From NCBI RefSeq assembly GCF_009914755.1, contig NC_060948.1: a DNA stretch of 64,000 nucleotides; one strand, 5' to 3'. The notes beneath the pieces were generated by a model. It was not told the DNA's origin, made no database searches, and was given only the letters and a program-made list of their open reading frames with translations. Numbering within the stretch: the stretch's first letter is position 1; each line of letters begins with the position of its first letter. The translations under genes were made by a program, and so were the position numbers. Source of the DNA: the human T2T-CHM13v2.0 reference genome, Homo sapiens. Positions 1 through 13,073 of this stretch are shown here, in pieces.

Positions 1-1393
1 TCCCCCACGACAGGCCCTGATATGTGTTGTTTCCTTCCCTGTTTCCATGTGTTCTCATTGTTGAACTCCCACTTATGAGTGAAACATGTGGTGTTTGGTT
101 TTCTGTTCCTGTGTTAATTTGCTGAAGATAATGGCTTCCAGCTTCATCCATGTCTCTGCAGAAGATATAATCTCATTCCTTTTTATGGCTGCATAGTATT
201 CCATGCTGTATATGTACCACACTTTCTTTATCCAGTCTATAATCAATGGGCATTTGGGTTGATTCCATGTCTTTGCTATTGTGAATAGTGCTGCAATAAA
301 CATACATGTACATGTATCAGTTCTAGATACTTGAGGAATTGCCACACTGTCTTCCACAATGGTTGAACTAATTTACATTTCCACCAACAGCATAAAAGTG
401 TTCCTATTTTTTCATAGCCTCACCAGCATCTGTTGTTTCTTGACTTTTTAATATTCACCATTCTGACTGGTGGAAGATGGTATCTCACTGTGATTTTGAT
501 TTGCATTTCTCTAATGATCAATGATATTGAGCTTTTTTTCATATGACTGTTGGCTGCATAATGCACAACTTCTTCTGAGAAGTTTCTATTCATATCCTTT
601 GCCCACTTTTTGATGGGGTTATTTGTTCTTGTCTTGTAAATTTGTTTAAGTTCCTTGTAAATTCTGGATATTAGACCTTTGTCAGATGTGTAGATTGCAA
701 AAATTTTCTTCTATTCTGTAGGGTGCCTGTTCACTCTGATGATAGTTTCTATTGCTATGCAGAAGTGCTTTGGTATAATTAGATCCCATTTGTCAATTTG
801 TTGTAATTGCTTTTAGTGATTTCATCATAAAATCTTTGCCCATGCCTATGTCATGATGGTATTGCCTAGGTTTTCTTCTGGGGTTGTTATCATTTTGGGT
901 TTTACATTTAATTCTTTAATTCATCTTGAGTTAATTTTTGTATAAGGTGTAAGGAAGGCATCCAGTTTCAATTTTCTGCATGTGACTAGACTGTTTTCAC
1001 AGCACCATTTATTAAATAGGGAATCCTCTTCCCATTGCTTGTTTTTGTCAGGTTTGTTGCAGATCAGATGGTTGGAGATATGTGGTCTTTTTTCTGAAGT
1101 CTCTATTCTCTTCCATTGGTCTATATGTCTGTTTTGGTATAAGTACCATGCTGCTTTGGTTACTGTAGCCTTGTAGTAGAGTTTGAAGCCAAGTAACGTG
1201 ATGCCTCCAGCTTTGTTATTTTTGCTTAGGATTGTCTTGGCTATGTGGGCTCTTTCTTTGGTTCCTTATGAATTTTAAAGTAGTTTTTTTCTAATTATGT
1301 GAAAAATATCAATGGTAGTTTGATGGGATTAACATTGAATCTATAAATTACTTTGGGCAATATGGCCATTTTCACTATATTGATTCTTGCTAT

Positions 1394-2026
1394 CTATGAG
1401 GATGGAATGTTTTTCCATCTGTTTGGATCCTCTCTTATTTCCTTGAGCAGTGGTTTGTAGTTCTTGAAGAGGTCATTCACATCACTTGTTAGCTGTATTC
1501 CTAGGTATTTTATTATCTTTGTAACAATTGTAAATGGGAGTTCATTCATGATTTGCCTCTCTGCTTGTCCATTGTTTGTGTATAGGAATGCTTGTGATTT
1601 TTGCACATTGATTTTGTATCCTGAGATTTTGCTGAAGTTGCTTATCAGCTTAAGAAGTTTTGGGGCTGAGACGATGGAGTTTTCTAAATATACAATCATG
1701 TCATCTGCAAACAGAGACAATTGGACTTCCCCTCTTCCTATTTTAATACTCTTTATTTCTTTCTCTTGCCTGATTGCCCTGGCCAGAACTTCCAATAATA
1801 TGTTGAGTAGGAGTGGTGAGAGAGAGCATCCTTGCCTTGTGCTGGTTTTCAAAGGGAATGCTTCCAGCTTTTGCCTAATCAGTATGATATTGGCTGTGGG
1901 TTTGTCATGAATAGATCTCATTGTTTTGAGATGTGTTACATCAATACCTACTTTATTGAGGGTTTTTAGCATGAAGTGGTGTTGAATTTTATCAAAGGCC
2001 TTTTCTGCATCTATTGAGATAATCAT
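1394..2026 (-). pseudogene. L1 ORF2p reverse-transcriptase fragment (210 aa open stretch)
   Basis: [24 protein letters not shown] and [13 protein letters not shown] are canonical L1 RT motifs; flanked by stops and frameshifts. Confidence 0.9.
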
Positions 2027-4084
2027 GTGGTTTTGTCATTGGTTCTATTTATGTGATGAATTACATTTATTGATTCGTGCATGTTGAACCAGCTTTGCAT
2101 CCCAGGGATGAAGCCAACTTGATTAAGGTGGATAAGCTTTCGAAGTGCTGCTGGATTCAGTTTGCCAGTATTTTACTGAGGATTTTTGCATTGATCTTCA
2201 TCAGATATATTGGCCTGAAGGTTTTTTTGTTGTTGTTGCTATTATGTCTCTGCCAAGTTTTGGTATTAGGATGATGCTGGCCTCATAAAATGAGTTAGGG
2301 AAGAGTAGCTCCTTTACAATTGTTTGTAATAGTTTCAGAAGGAATGATAGCAGCTCCTCTTTGTACCTCTGCTAAAACTCAGCTGTGAATCTGTCTTTCC
2401 TTAGCTTTTTTTAGTTGGTAGACTATTTATTACTGCCTCAATTTCAGAACATGTTATTGCTCTTTTCAGGGATTTGATGTCTTCCTGGTTTAGTGTTGGG
2501 AGGGTGTATTTGTTGAGGAATTTATCAATTTCTTCTAGATATTCTAGTTTATTTGCATAGAGGTGTTTATAGTATTCTCTGGTGGTAGTTTGTATTTCTG
2601 TGGGGTCAGTGGTATTATCCCCTTTATCATTTTTTGTTTCATCCATTTGATTTTGCTCCTTTCTTCTTTATTAGTCTAGCTAGCATTCTATCTATTTTAT
2701 TATTTGTTTTTCAAAAACCTAGCTCTTTGATTCATTGATTTTTTTTTGAAGAGTTTTTCGTTTCTCTATCTCGTTCAGTTCTGCTCTAATCTTAGTTATT
2801 TATTGTCTTCTGCTAGCTTTTGGAGTTGTTTGCTCTTGTTTTTCTAGTTCTTTTAATTGTGATGTTAAGGTGTTGATTTGAGATCTTTCTAGCTTTCCGA
2901 TGTGGGCATTTAGTGCTATAACTTCCCCTCTTAACACAGTTTTAGCTGCGTTCCAGAGATTCTAGTATGTTGTTTCATTGTTCCCATTGGTTTGAAATAA
3001 CTTCTTGATTTCTGCCTTAATTTCATTATTTACCCAGGAGTCATTCAGGAGCAAGTTGTTCAATTTCCATAAAGTTGTGTGGTTTTGCATGAGTTTCTTA
3101 ATCCTGAGTTCTAATTTGATTGCACTGTGGTCTGAGAGACTATTATGATTTCAGTTCTTTTGCATTTGCCGAGGAATGTTTTACTTCCAATTATGTGGTC
3201 AATTTTAGAGTAAGTACCATGTGGCACTGAGAAGAATGTATATTCTTTTGTTTGAGGGTAGAGAGTTCCGTATATATCTATTAGGTCCACTTGATCCAGA
3301 GCTGAGTTCAAGTCCTGAATATCCTTGTAAATATTGTCTTGTTGCTCTAATATTGACAGTGGTGTGCTAAAGTCTCACTATTATTGTGTGGGAGTTGAAG
3401 TCTTTTTGTAGGTCTCTATGAATTTGTTTTATGAATCTGGGTGCTTTTGTATTGGGTTCATGTATATTTAGAATAGTTAGCTCTTCCTGTTTAATTGATC
3501 CCTTTATCATTATGTAATGCCCTTCTTTGTCTTTTTTTTTTTTTATCTTTGTTGGTTTAAAGTCTGTTTTGTCAGAGACTATGATTGCAGCACCTGCTTT
3601 TTTCTGCTTTCCATTTTCTGGGTAAATTTTCCTTCATCCCTTAATTTTGAGCCTATGTCTGTCTTTGCATGTGAGATGGGTCTCTTGAATACAACACTCT
3701 GATAGGTCTAGACTCTTTATTCAATTTGCAAGTCTGTGTCTTTTAATTGGAGCATTTAGCCCATTCACATTTAAGGTTAATATTGTTATGTGTGAATTTG
3801 ATTCTGTCATTATGATGCTAGCTGGTCATATTGCACACTAGTTGATACTGTTTTTTCATAGTCATTAGTTTTTATGTTTTGGTGAATTTCTCAGTGGCTG
3901 GTACTGGTTTTTCCTTTCCATATTTAGTGTTTCCTTCAGGAGCTCTTGCAAGCAGGCCTTGTGGTGATGAATTTCCTTAGCATTTGCTTGTCTGAGAAGG
4001 ATTTTATTTCTCCTTCTCTTATGAAGCTTAATTTGGCCTGATATTAAATTCTGGGTTGAAAATTCTTCTCATTAAGAATGTTGA

Positions 4085-4341
<257 letters not shown>

Positions 4342-6299
4342 AAGAATGTTGAATATTGGCCCCCACTTTCTTCTGGCTTGTAGGTTTTCTGCTGAGAGAT
4401 CTGCTGTTAGTCTGATGGGCTTCCCTTTGTAGGTGACCTGGCCTTTCTCTCTGGCTGCCCTTAACATTTTTTCCTTCATTTCAACCTTGGAGAACCTGAT
4501 GATTATCTGTCTTGGAATTGATCTTCTCATGAACTATCTTGGTGGAATTCTCTGTATTTTCTGAATTTGAATGTTGGCCTGTCTTGCTAGGTTCAGGAAT
4601 TTCTCCTAGATAATGTCCTGAAGTGTGTTTTCCAACTTGGTTCCATTTTTTCCTTCTCTTTCAGATACTGGTCTTTTTACATAGTCTCATATTACTTGGA
4701 GGTTTTGTTTGTTCCTTTTTATTTATTTTTTTTGCCTGCCTTATTTCAGCAAGATAGTCTTTCATTTCTGACATTTTTTTTCACTTGATTGATTCAGCTA
4801 TTAATACTTGTGTATGCTTCACAAAGTTCTCATGCTGTGTTTTTCAGCTCCATCAGGTCATTATGTTCCTCCTTAAACTGGTTATTCTAGTTAGCAGCTT
4901 CTGTAACATTTTAACAAGTTTCTTAACTTCTTTCCATTGGGTTAGACCATGCTCCTTTACTTCAGCGAAGTTTGTTATTACCCACTTTCTAAAGCCTACT
5001 TCTGTCAGTTCATCCATCTCATTCTCCGTCCAGTTCTGCACCCTTGCTGGGAGGTGTTGCAATTATTTGGAGGAGAAGAGGCACTCTGGCCTTTTGGGTT
5101 TTCAGCATTTTGTTTGTTTTGCTGATTCTTTCTCATCTTCATGAGTTTGTCTAGTTTCAATCTTTGAAACTGTTGACCCTTGGATGAAGTTTCTGTGGGG
5201 ACTTTTGTTGATGCTGTTGTTGTTGCTTTCTGTTTGTTTATTTTTCTTTCAATAGTCAGGTCCCTCTTCTGTAGGGCTGCTGTGGTTTGCCAGGGGGTTA
5301 ACTTCAGGCCCCCTTTATCTGGTTCCCTCCTGCACCTGGAGATGTCACTCAAGGAGCCTGGAGAAGGGCAAACATGGATGCCTTCTCCTTATTCTGGGAT
5401 CTCTGACCTCGAGGGGAACTGACCTGATGCCAGTAGGAATGCTCCTGTTTAGAGTGTCTGACAACCCTTGTTTGTTGGGGCAGTGGGGGGGGTCTCAGCC
5501 AGTTGGATGGCATGGGAAGCAGGATTCATTTAACAAAGCACTTTGGCTGTCCCTTGGTAGAGGGGGTGTGCAGCACTGGAGGGAAACTCACTCATCAGGG
5601 CTTCCCAGATTCCTCAGAGCTAGTAGGAGGAAAGACTAAGTCTCCTGGTCTGTGGAGACTAAGACCAACCATCCCCTTAGGGGCTCAGTCCCAGGGAGAT
5701 CAGAGTTTTGTTCCTGAGCCCCTAGCTGGAGCTGTTGGAGTTCTTGCAGGGAGTCCCTGCAGTGGAAGTGTTGCTGCCACCCTTCCCCCAAAGAGCTCAG
5801 CTGGCTTAGAAAGCAGGCAGCTGCAGCAGTGGTGATGGCCGCCCCTTCCCCTGGAACTTGGCAGGCTTAGGCAGATTCTAGAACAAGTGGCTGTTGAGAA
5901 TTTGCACACCTCTATGGTTGGGAGCCAAGCCCTGGTGGCATGGGCTCACGAGTGGGATCCTCTGATCCATGTGTTGCACAGTTCTGTGGAGAAAGCACGG
6001 TTTCCCAGGCTGGATAGCACACTCAGCTCACTCACTGCCTCCCTTGGCTGAGGGTGGGGGCCCCCCTGCCCTGTGTGGCCCTTAGGTGGGAGGCTTCCTT
6101 CCACTGCTCTTCCTTCCTCTCTCTGCGTAATGCCAGAAGCCTAGTCAGTGCTAATGACAAAATCTAGATACCTTAGTTTCCAGTGCAGGATTCCATGCTG
6201 TTTGGGATCTTTTCGATGGGAGCCTCTGATCATTGCTGCTTCTAGTTGGCCACCTTGGTCCTTCCAGTTGTAAGCTCAAAATACCACTCTTTCAAAGAC

Positions 6300-6960
6300 A
6301 TGCGAAGAGGATAAAAAAGGCAGTTTTTTTTGGGGGAAATATTTATAAATTCTGTAATTAATAATGGCTTTCTATGAGGAACACAAAAATAACTCTTGAA
6401 AAACTCAATAACAACAACAACAACAACAACAAAATACTCCAATAAAATAGATGAAAGATTTAAAAACTTCACCACTGAGGAAATATAATTGACAGGTAAG
6501 TGCAATATAAAATTCTTAACATTATTAGGCATTCTGGAAATGCATTTTAAAATGAAAATGGGTTTTTTTTTTTTTAAATCTGAGTATGCTGAGTAACTGG
6601 AACACTCATATATTACTGGTAGGAATGAGGAAGTGTGCATCTAATATGGAAAACATTTTGGTCATTTTTTTAAAAATAAAGTGCAGCAAATACTCGTCAT
6701 TTCTAGAAACTACACTCCTAGGTTTTTACCCAAGTGAAATAAAAAATATATTCATATATAAACCTATATGTCAATGTTTATAGTATCCTTTCCTTGTAAT
6801 CAACCAAAACTGAATACAAGTAAAATGTTCTTCAACTGTATACACAAATAAACATTTGTATATCTACATAATTGAATACAATTTGGCAAAAAAAAAAATA
6901 GTGATACAAACAATAAAATGCCTGAATTTCAAATGCACGTGGCAGTAGTCAGACTCCAAA
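6300..6960 (+). mobile_element. Old L1M (L1MC/L1ME-like) 3' fragment
   Basis: Degenerate GGAACACTCATATATTACTGGTAGGAATG...CTAGGTTTTTACCCAAGTGAAATAAAAA, resembling L1 3' end; (CAA)n at about 6409-6432. Confidence 0.6.
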
Positions 6961-6966
6961 GGCTGT

Positions 6967-7490
6967 TGTAATAGTTAACTTTAGGCATCAACTTAACTGG
7001 GCTAAGCGATGCCCCAAGAGCTGGAAAAACATAATTTCTGAGTATGTCTGTGAGAGTGTTTCTGGAAGATGCTGGCATTTGAATCAATAGACTGAGTAAA
7101 GACAAACCACTTTTAACAATCTGTCAGGTGTCAGCCAATCTACTGAGAGCCCAAATATAGCAAAAAGGCAGAAGGAGGGCAAATTATCTCTCTTCTTGAA
7201 CTGGAACATTCGTCTTCTGCTCTTAGATATTGACGCTCTTGGTTCTCAGGCCTGTGGTCTCCAGGACTTACACCAGTGGATCCCGCAGTTTTCAGGCCTT
7301 TAGAAGTATACAAAATTATATCACTGGCTTTCATGATTCTCCAGCTTGCACATGAAAAATGGTGGGACTTCTCAGTCTCCATAATTTCATGAACCAATTC
7401 CCATAATAAATCTCTCTCTCTCTGTTTCCGTCTTTCTCTCTCTATCTCTCTTCCTATCTCTACTGCTGCCTTTATCTCTCTGTCTCTCTA
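6967..7490 (+). mobile_element. MLT2 (ERVL) LTR, MLT2D/B-like, ending in CT-rich microsatellite
   Basis: Starts TGTAATAGTTAACTTTAGGCATCAACTTAACTGGGCTAAG; contains GTGTTTCTGGAAGA and CCATAATAAATCTCTCTC. Confidence 0.8.
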
Positions 7491-8315
7491 TACATGTATA
7501 AATGGTATTACATTACTTTATTTCTTTATTATGTGATTATTAGATTTATAAATGTTGATTTATACCTATATTATCTTATGTGACTATGTAAATTTGAAGA
7601 CACAGCTCTGTTTTGCATATAAAACCAAATTGCATACTATACTTTATGGGAAAATTACATAGAAACTATAAATGAAAGTATAAATTTTCCCTTGGGAAAA
7701 GCTTTTAAAGAAATCTATATTATTCTGAGAGTGCAAACATCTCCTTTACACAGACTCAAAGAAATTCAGTTGTTATAGTAAGTATGTCTTCTCCTTTGAA
7801 AATGTGCATTATAAAGACATTTTAAGAAGCACGCATTCTACAAGTTTCCCTTTGTAATTTAGCCATTAGCAATGGTATATACATACAGACAATTATTAGT
7901 CTTGTGCTTCGAAATAGCTGTTGATGATGGACTGGTTCTATAACATTTTTAAGACTCTACATGCTCTTTTTTAGGAAAATGACTTTGCACCTTTCTTTCT
8001 CATTTATTGTAAAGTGGTAATCCTATAAAGGCAAGAAAGCCAAATACCAAAATTATGCATAATTCTCTTATATTAGAAATCATCTTTCCTACATTTGCTT
8101 CTGCTTCTGAAAAAAGTTAAAAATTATGATTTTACATTGTTGTCATTTAATGTAAACAATGGTGATGCACCAGTAGATTGAAGGCTGAATTTACCTACTA
8201 CTTATATTGTACATAGCGTGTTACAATGGTGCTGATACAACACAGAATAAGCACTGTAAAATGCCTTAATACTGTTCAAATACAGGTTTTATTTCTTTTA
8301 TTTTAAAAAAAAGTT

Positions 8316-9830
8316 GCCTAGGTTTTCTTCTAGGGTTTTATGGTTTTATATTTAAGACTTTAATTCGTCTTGAGTTAATTTTTGTATGAGGTGTAAGGAA
8401 GGAGTCCAGTTTCTGTTTTCTGCATATGGCTAGCCAGTTTTCCCAGCACCATTTATTAAATAGGGAATCCTTTCCCTGTTGCTCATTTTTGTCAGGTTTG
8501 TCAAAGATCAGATGGTTGTACATGTGTGGTGTTATATCTCAGGTATCTGTTCTGTTCCATTGGTCATTGGTCCATATATCTGTTCTGGTACTAGTACCAT
8601 GCTGTTTTGGTTACTGTAGCCTTGTAGTGTAGTTTGAAGTTAGGTAGCATGATGCCTCCAGCTTTGTTGTTTTTGCTTAGAATTGTCTTGGCTATACAGG
8701 CCCCTTTTTGGTTCCATGTGAAATTTAAAGTAGTTTTTTTTCTATTCAGGACGTAGGCATGGGCAAAGACTTCATGATTAAAACACCAAAAGCATTTGCA
8801 ACAAAAGTCAAAATTGACAAATGGGATCTAATTTAACTAGAGAGCTTCTGCACAGCAAAAGAAACTATCATCAGAGTGAACAAGAAACCTACAGAATGGG
8901 AGAAAATTTTTGTAATCCATCCATCTGAGAAAGGGCTAATATCCAGAATCTACAAGAAACTTAAATTTACAAGAAAAAAAAACCACATCAAAAAGTGGGA
9001 AAAGAATATGAACATATGAACAGACACTTCTCAAAAGAAGACATTTATGTGGCCAACAAACATATGAAAAAAAGCTCATCATCACTGGTCATTAAAGAAA
9101 TGCAAAGCAAAACCAGTAAGATACCATCTCACACCAGTTAGTATGGCAATTATTAAAAAGTCAGGAAACCACAGATGCCAGTGATGCCGTGGAGAAATAG
9201 GAACGCTTTTACACTGTTGGTGGGAGTGTAAATTATTTCAACCATTGTGGAAGACAGTGTGGCAATTCCTCAAGGATCTAGAACCAGAAATACCATTTGA
9301 CCCAGCAATCCCATTATGGGGTATATACCCAAAGGATTATAAATCATTCTACTATAAAGACATATGTACATGTATTTTTATTGTGGCACTGTTCACAATA
9401 GCAATGACTTGGAACAAACCCAAATGCCCATCCATGACAGACTAAAGAAAATGCAGCACATATATACCATGGAATACTATGCAGCCATAAAAAAGAATGA
9501 GTTCATGTTCTTTGCAGGGACATGAATGAAGCTGGAAGCCATCATTCTCAGCAAACTAATACAGGAACAGAAAACAAAACACTTCATGTTCTCACTCATA
9601 ACTGGGAGTTGAACAATGAGAACACATGGGTACAGGGAGGGGAACATCACACACTGGGGCCTGTCAGGGGTAGGAAGCAAGGGGAGGTAGAGCATTAGGA
9701 CAAATACCTAAAGCATGCAGTGCTTAAAACCTAGATGATGGGTTGATAGGTGCAGCAAATTACCATGGCACATGTATATCTATGTAAGAAACCTGCACAT
9801 TCTGCACATGTATTCCAGAACTTAAAGTAA
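8316..9830 (+). mobile_element. 5'-inverted, truncated L1PA (about L1PA7/8): inverted part 8316-8745 (-), sense 3' part about 8746-9830 (+)
   Basis: The minus piece ends (in L1 sense) at ...GAAAACCTAGGCAA and the plus piece begins ATTCAGGACGTAGGC, which are adjacent in L1 ORF2. 3'UTR follows. Loose TSD TAAAAAAAAGTT (8304-8315) and TAAACAAGTT (10151-10160). Confidence 0.88.
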
Positions 9831-9834
9831 GACA

Positions 9835-10130
9835 TTTTTTTTTTTTTTTTTGAGATGAAGTCTCGCTCTGTCACCCAGGCTGGAGTGCAATGGCGTGATC
9901 TCCGCTCACTGCAACCCCCGCCTCCCGGGTTCAAGCGATTTTCCTGCCCAGACTCCTGAGTAGCTGCAATTACAGGCACATGCCACCACACCAGGCTAAT
10001 TTTTGTATTTTTAGTAGAGACAGGATTTCACCATGTTGGTCAGGCTGGTCTCGAACTCCTGACCTCATGATCCATTTACCTCGGCCTCCCAAAGTGCTGA
10101 GATTACAGGCGTGAGCCACCGCGCCAGGCT
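9835..10130 (-). mobile_element. AluS (Sg-like) in the tail of the inverted L1PA
   Basis: Poly-T followed by full antisense Alu; partial TSD TAAAGTAA on both sides. Confidence 0.93.
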
Positions 10131-10160
10131 GGCTAAAGTAAAATTGTCTTTAAACAAGTT

Positions 10161-10686
10161 TTATTTTAGGTTTAGGGGTACATGTGCAGGATTTTTATAT
10201 TGACAAACTCATGTTGTAGGGGCTTGTGCAAATTTTGTCACCCAGGTACTAAGCATAGTGCCCAATAGTTATTTTTTCTGATTCTCCTTCTCCTTCCACC
10301 CTCCACCCTCAAGTAGGCCTAAGTATCTTTTGTTCCCCTTTTTGTTGCCATGTGTTCTCATTATTTAGCTTCTACTTACAAGTGAGAACATGCAGTATTT
10401 GGTTTTCTGTTCCTGTATTAGTTTGCTAGAATAATAGCCTCCAGTTCCACCCACGTTCCCAGAAGGGATATAATATTCTTTTTTCTGGCTGCATAGTATT
10501 CCATGGTATATATGTACCACATTTTATTTATCCAGTCTGTCATTGATGGGCATTTTCGTTGATTCCATGTCTTTGCTATTGCGAATAGTGCTACAATGAA
10601 CATATGCATACATGTGTCTTTGTGGTAGAACAACTTCTATTCCTTTTATTTTACTATATTTATTTTCCTATATGTTACCCAGTAAT
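10161..10686 (-). mobile_element. 3' end of an older L1 (L1PA15/16 or L1PB-like); sense part of a minus-strand 5'-inverted element whose T-tail starts near 8290
   Basis: Antisense L1 3'UTR and ORF2 end (ORF 10418-10633: [14 protein letters not shown]). Confidence 0.88.
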
Positions 10687-11441
10687 GAACAACTTAAAAA
10701 TAATAAGAGCCATCTATCATAAATCCACAGACAAAATCATACTAAACAGTCAAAAGCTGAATGTATTCCCCTTGAAAACTGGCACAAGATGAGGATGCCC
10801 TGTCCCACCACACCTGTTCATCATAGTATTGGAAGTCCCGGCCAGAGAAATAATGTAAGAGAAATAAATAAATGGCATCCAAATAGGAAGAGAGAAAGTC
10901 AAACTACCCCTGTTTGCAGAAGAAATGATTCTATATCTAGAAAACCCCATAGTCATGGCCACAAAGCTTCTTAACCTGATAAACAACTTTAGCAAAGTTT
11001 CAGAATACAAAATCAATGCACAAAAATCATTAGCATTCCTATTCACCAACAGCCAAGCTGAGAGCCAAATCAGGAATGCAATTGCATTTACAACTGCCAC
11101 AAAAAAATGATACAGCTAGCCAGTTAGGTGAAAGAGCTCTATGGTGAGAATTACAAAACAATGCAGAAAGAAATCAGAGATCACACAAATAAATGAAAAG
11201 CCATTCCATGCTCATGAACAGGAAAAATCAGTATCACTAAAATGGTCATACTGCCTAAAACAATTTACAGATTCAGTGCTATTCCTATCAAACTACCAAT
11301 AATATTCTTCAAAGAACTAGATAAAACTATTATAAAATTCATATGGAAACAAAAAAGAACCTGAGTAGCTAAGGCAATCCTAAGCAAAAAGAACAGAAAT
11401 GAAAGCATCACGGTACCCAACTGCAAAATATACTACAGGGC
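10687..11441 (+). mobile_element. Inverted ORF2 segment of the same older L1, left part
   Basis: RT-region ORF remnants (10925-11110 MILYLENP). L1 sequence breaks at TACTACAGGGC and resumes at 16246. Confidence 0.88.
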
Positions 11442-11443
11442 GG

Positions 11444-11964
<521 letters not shown>

Positions 11965-11965
<1 letters not shown>

Positions 11966-13073
11966 TGGAAATCCTAATGACAGTCTCCAAATTCGCCTCC
12001 ATCTGTACCATGGGCGCCAATGCTTCGGCGTTAGAGAAAGAGATTGGTCCAGAACAGTTTCCGGTCAACGAGCATTATTTTGGATTAGTCAATTTTGGGA
12101 ATACCTGCTACTGCAATTCAGTTCTTCAAGCACTTATTTTTGTCGTCCGTTTCGGGAAAAAGTTCTTGCATATAAGAGTCAACCTAGGAAAAAGGAGAGC
12201 TTTCTTACATGCTTAGCAGATCTCTTCCACAGCATAGCCACTCAGAAGAAAAAGGTTGGAGTAATACCTCCGAAGAAGTTCATCACAAGATTACAGAAAT
12301 AAAATGAGCTTTTCGACAACTACATGCAACAAGATGCCCATGAATTCTTAAATTACCTACTAAATACAATTGGTGATATTTTACAAGAAGAGAGAAAGCA
12401 GGAAAAACAAAATGGTCGCTAACCTAATGATAATATTGATAATGAAAATAATAGCAGCACACCAGACCCAACGTGGGTTCATGAGATTTTTTGGGGAACG
12501 TTAACTAATGAAACCAGAAGTCTTACTTGCGAAACTATAAGCAGCAAAGATGAAGATTTTTTAGACCTTTCTGTTGACGTGGAACAAAATACATCAATTA
12601 CTCACTGCTTAAGGGGTTTCAGCAACACAGAAACTCTATGCAGTTAATACAAGTATTACTGTGAAGAGTGTCGCAGCAAACAGGAAGCACACAAACAGAT
12701 GAAAGTTTAAAAACTGCCCATGATTCTAGCTCTACACTTGAAGAGATTTAAATATATGGATCAACTTCATCGATATACAAAACTCTCTTACCGGGTGGTT
12801 TTTCCTTTAGAACTTCGTCTATTTAACACTTCAGGTGATGCCACCAATCCAGACAGAATGTACGACCTTGTTGCTGTTGTGGTTCACTGTGGAAGTGGTC
12901 CCAATCGAGGCCATTATATTGCGATAGTTAAGAGTCATGATTTTTGATTGTTGTTTGATGAGACATTGTAGAAAAATAGATACACAAGCTATTGAAGAAT
13001 TCTACGGGTTGACATCAGATACTCAAAGAACTCTGAGTCTGGTTACATCCTTTTCTATCAGTCTCGGGACTGA
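11965..13073 (+). pseudogene. USP12P: Disabled USP12 CDS
   Basis: ATG 11965 to TGA 13071-13073. Cys box GNTCYCNS and His box RGHY are present. 1-bp deletions near 12135, 12961, 12975 and 13021; in-frame stops at 12300, 12420, 12645, 12708 and 12945. Confidence 0.93.

Noticed and set aside
12720-12947. 75-aa ORF matching the USP12 C-terminal region including the His box
   Set aside because: It is an interval between two nonsense codons of the pseudogene and lacks the Cys box; not a gene.
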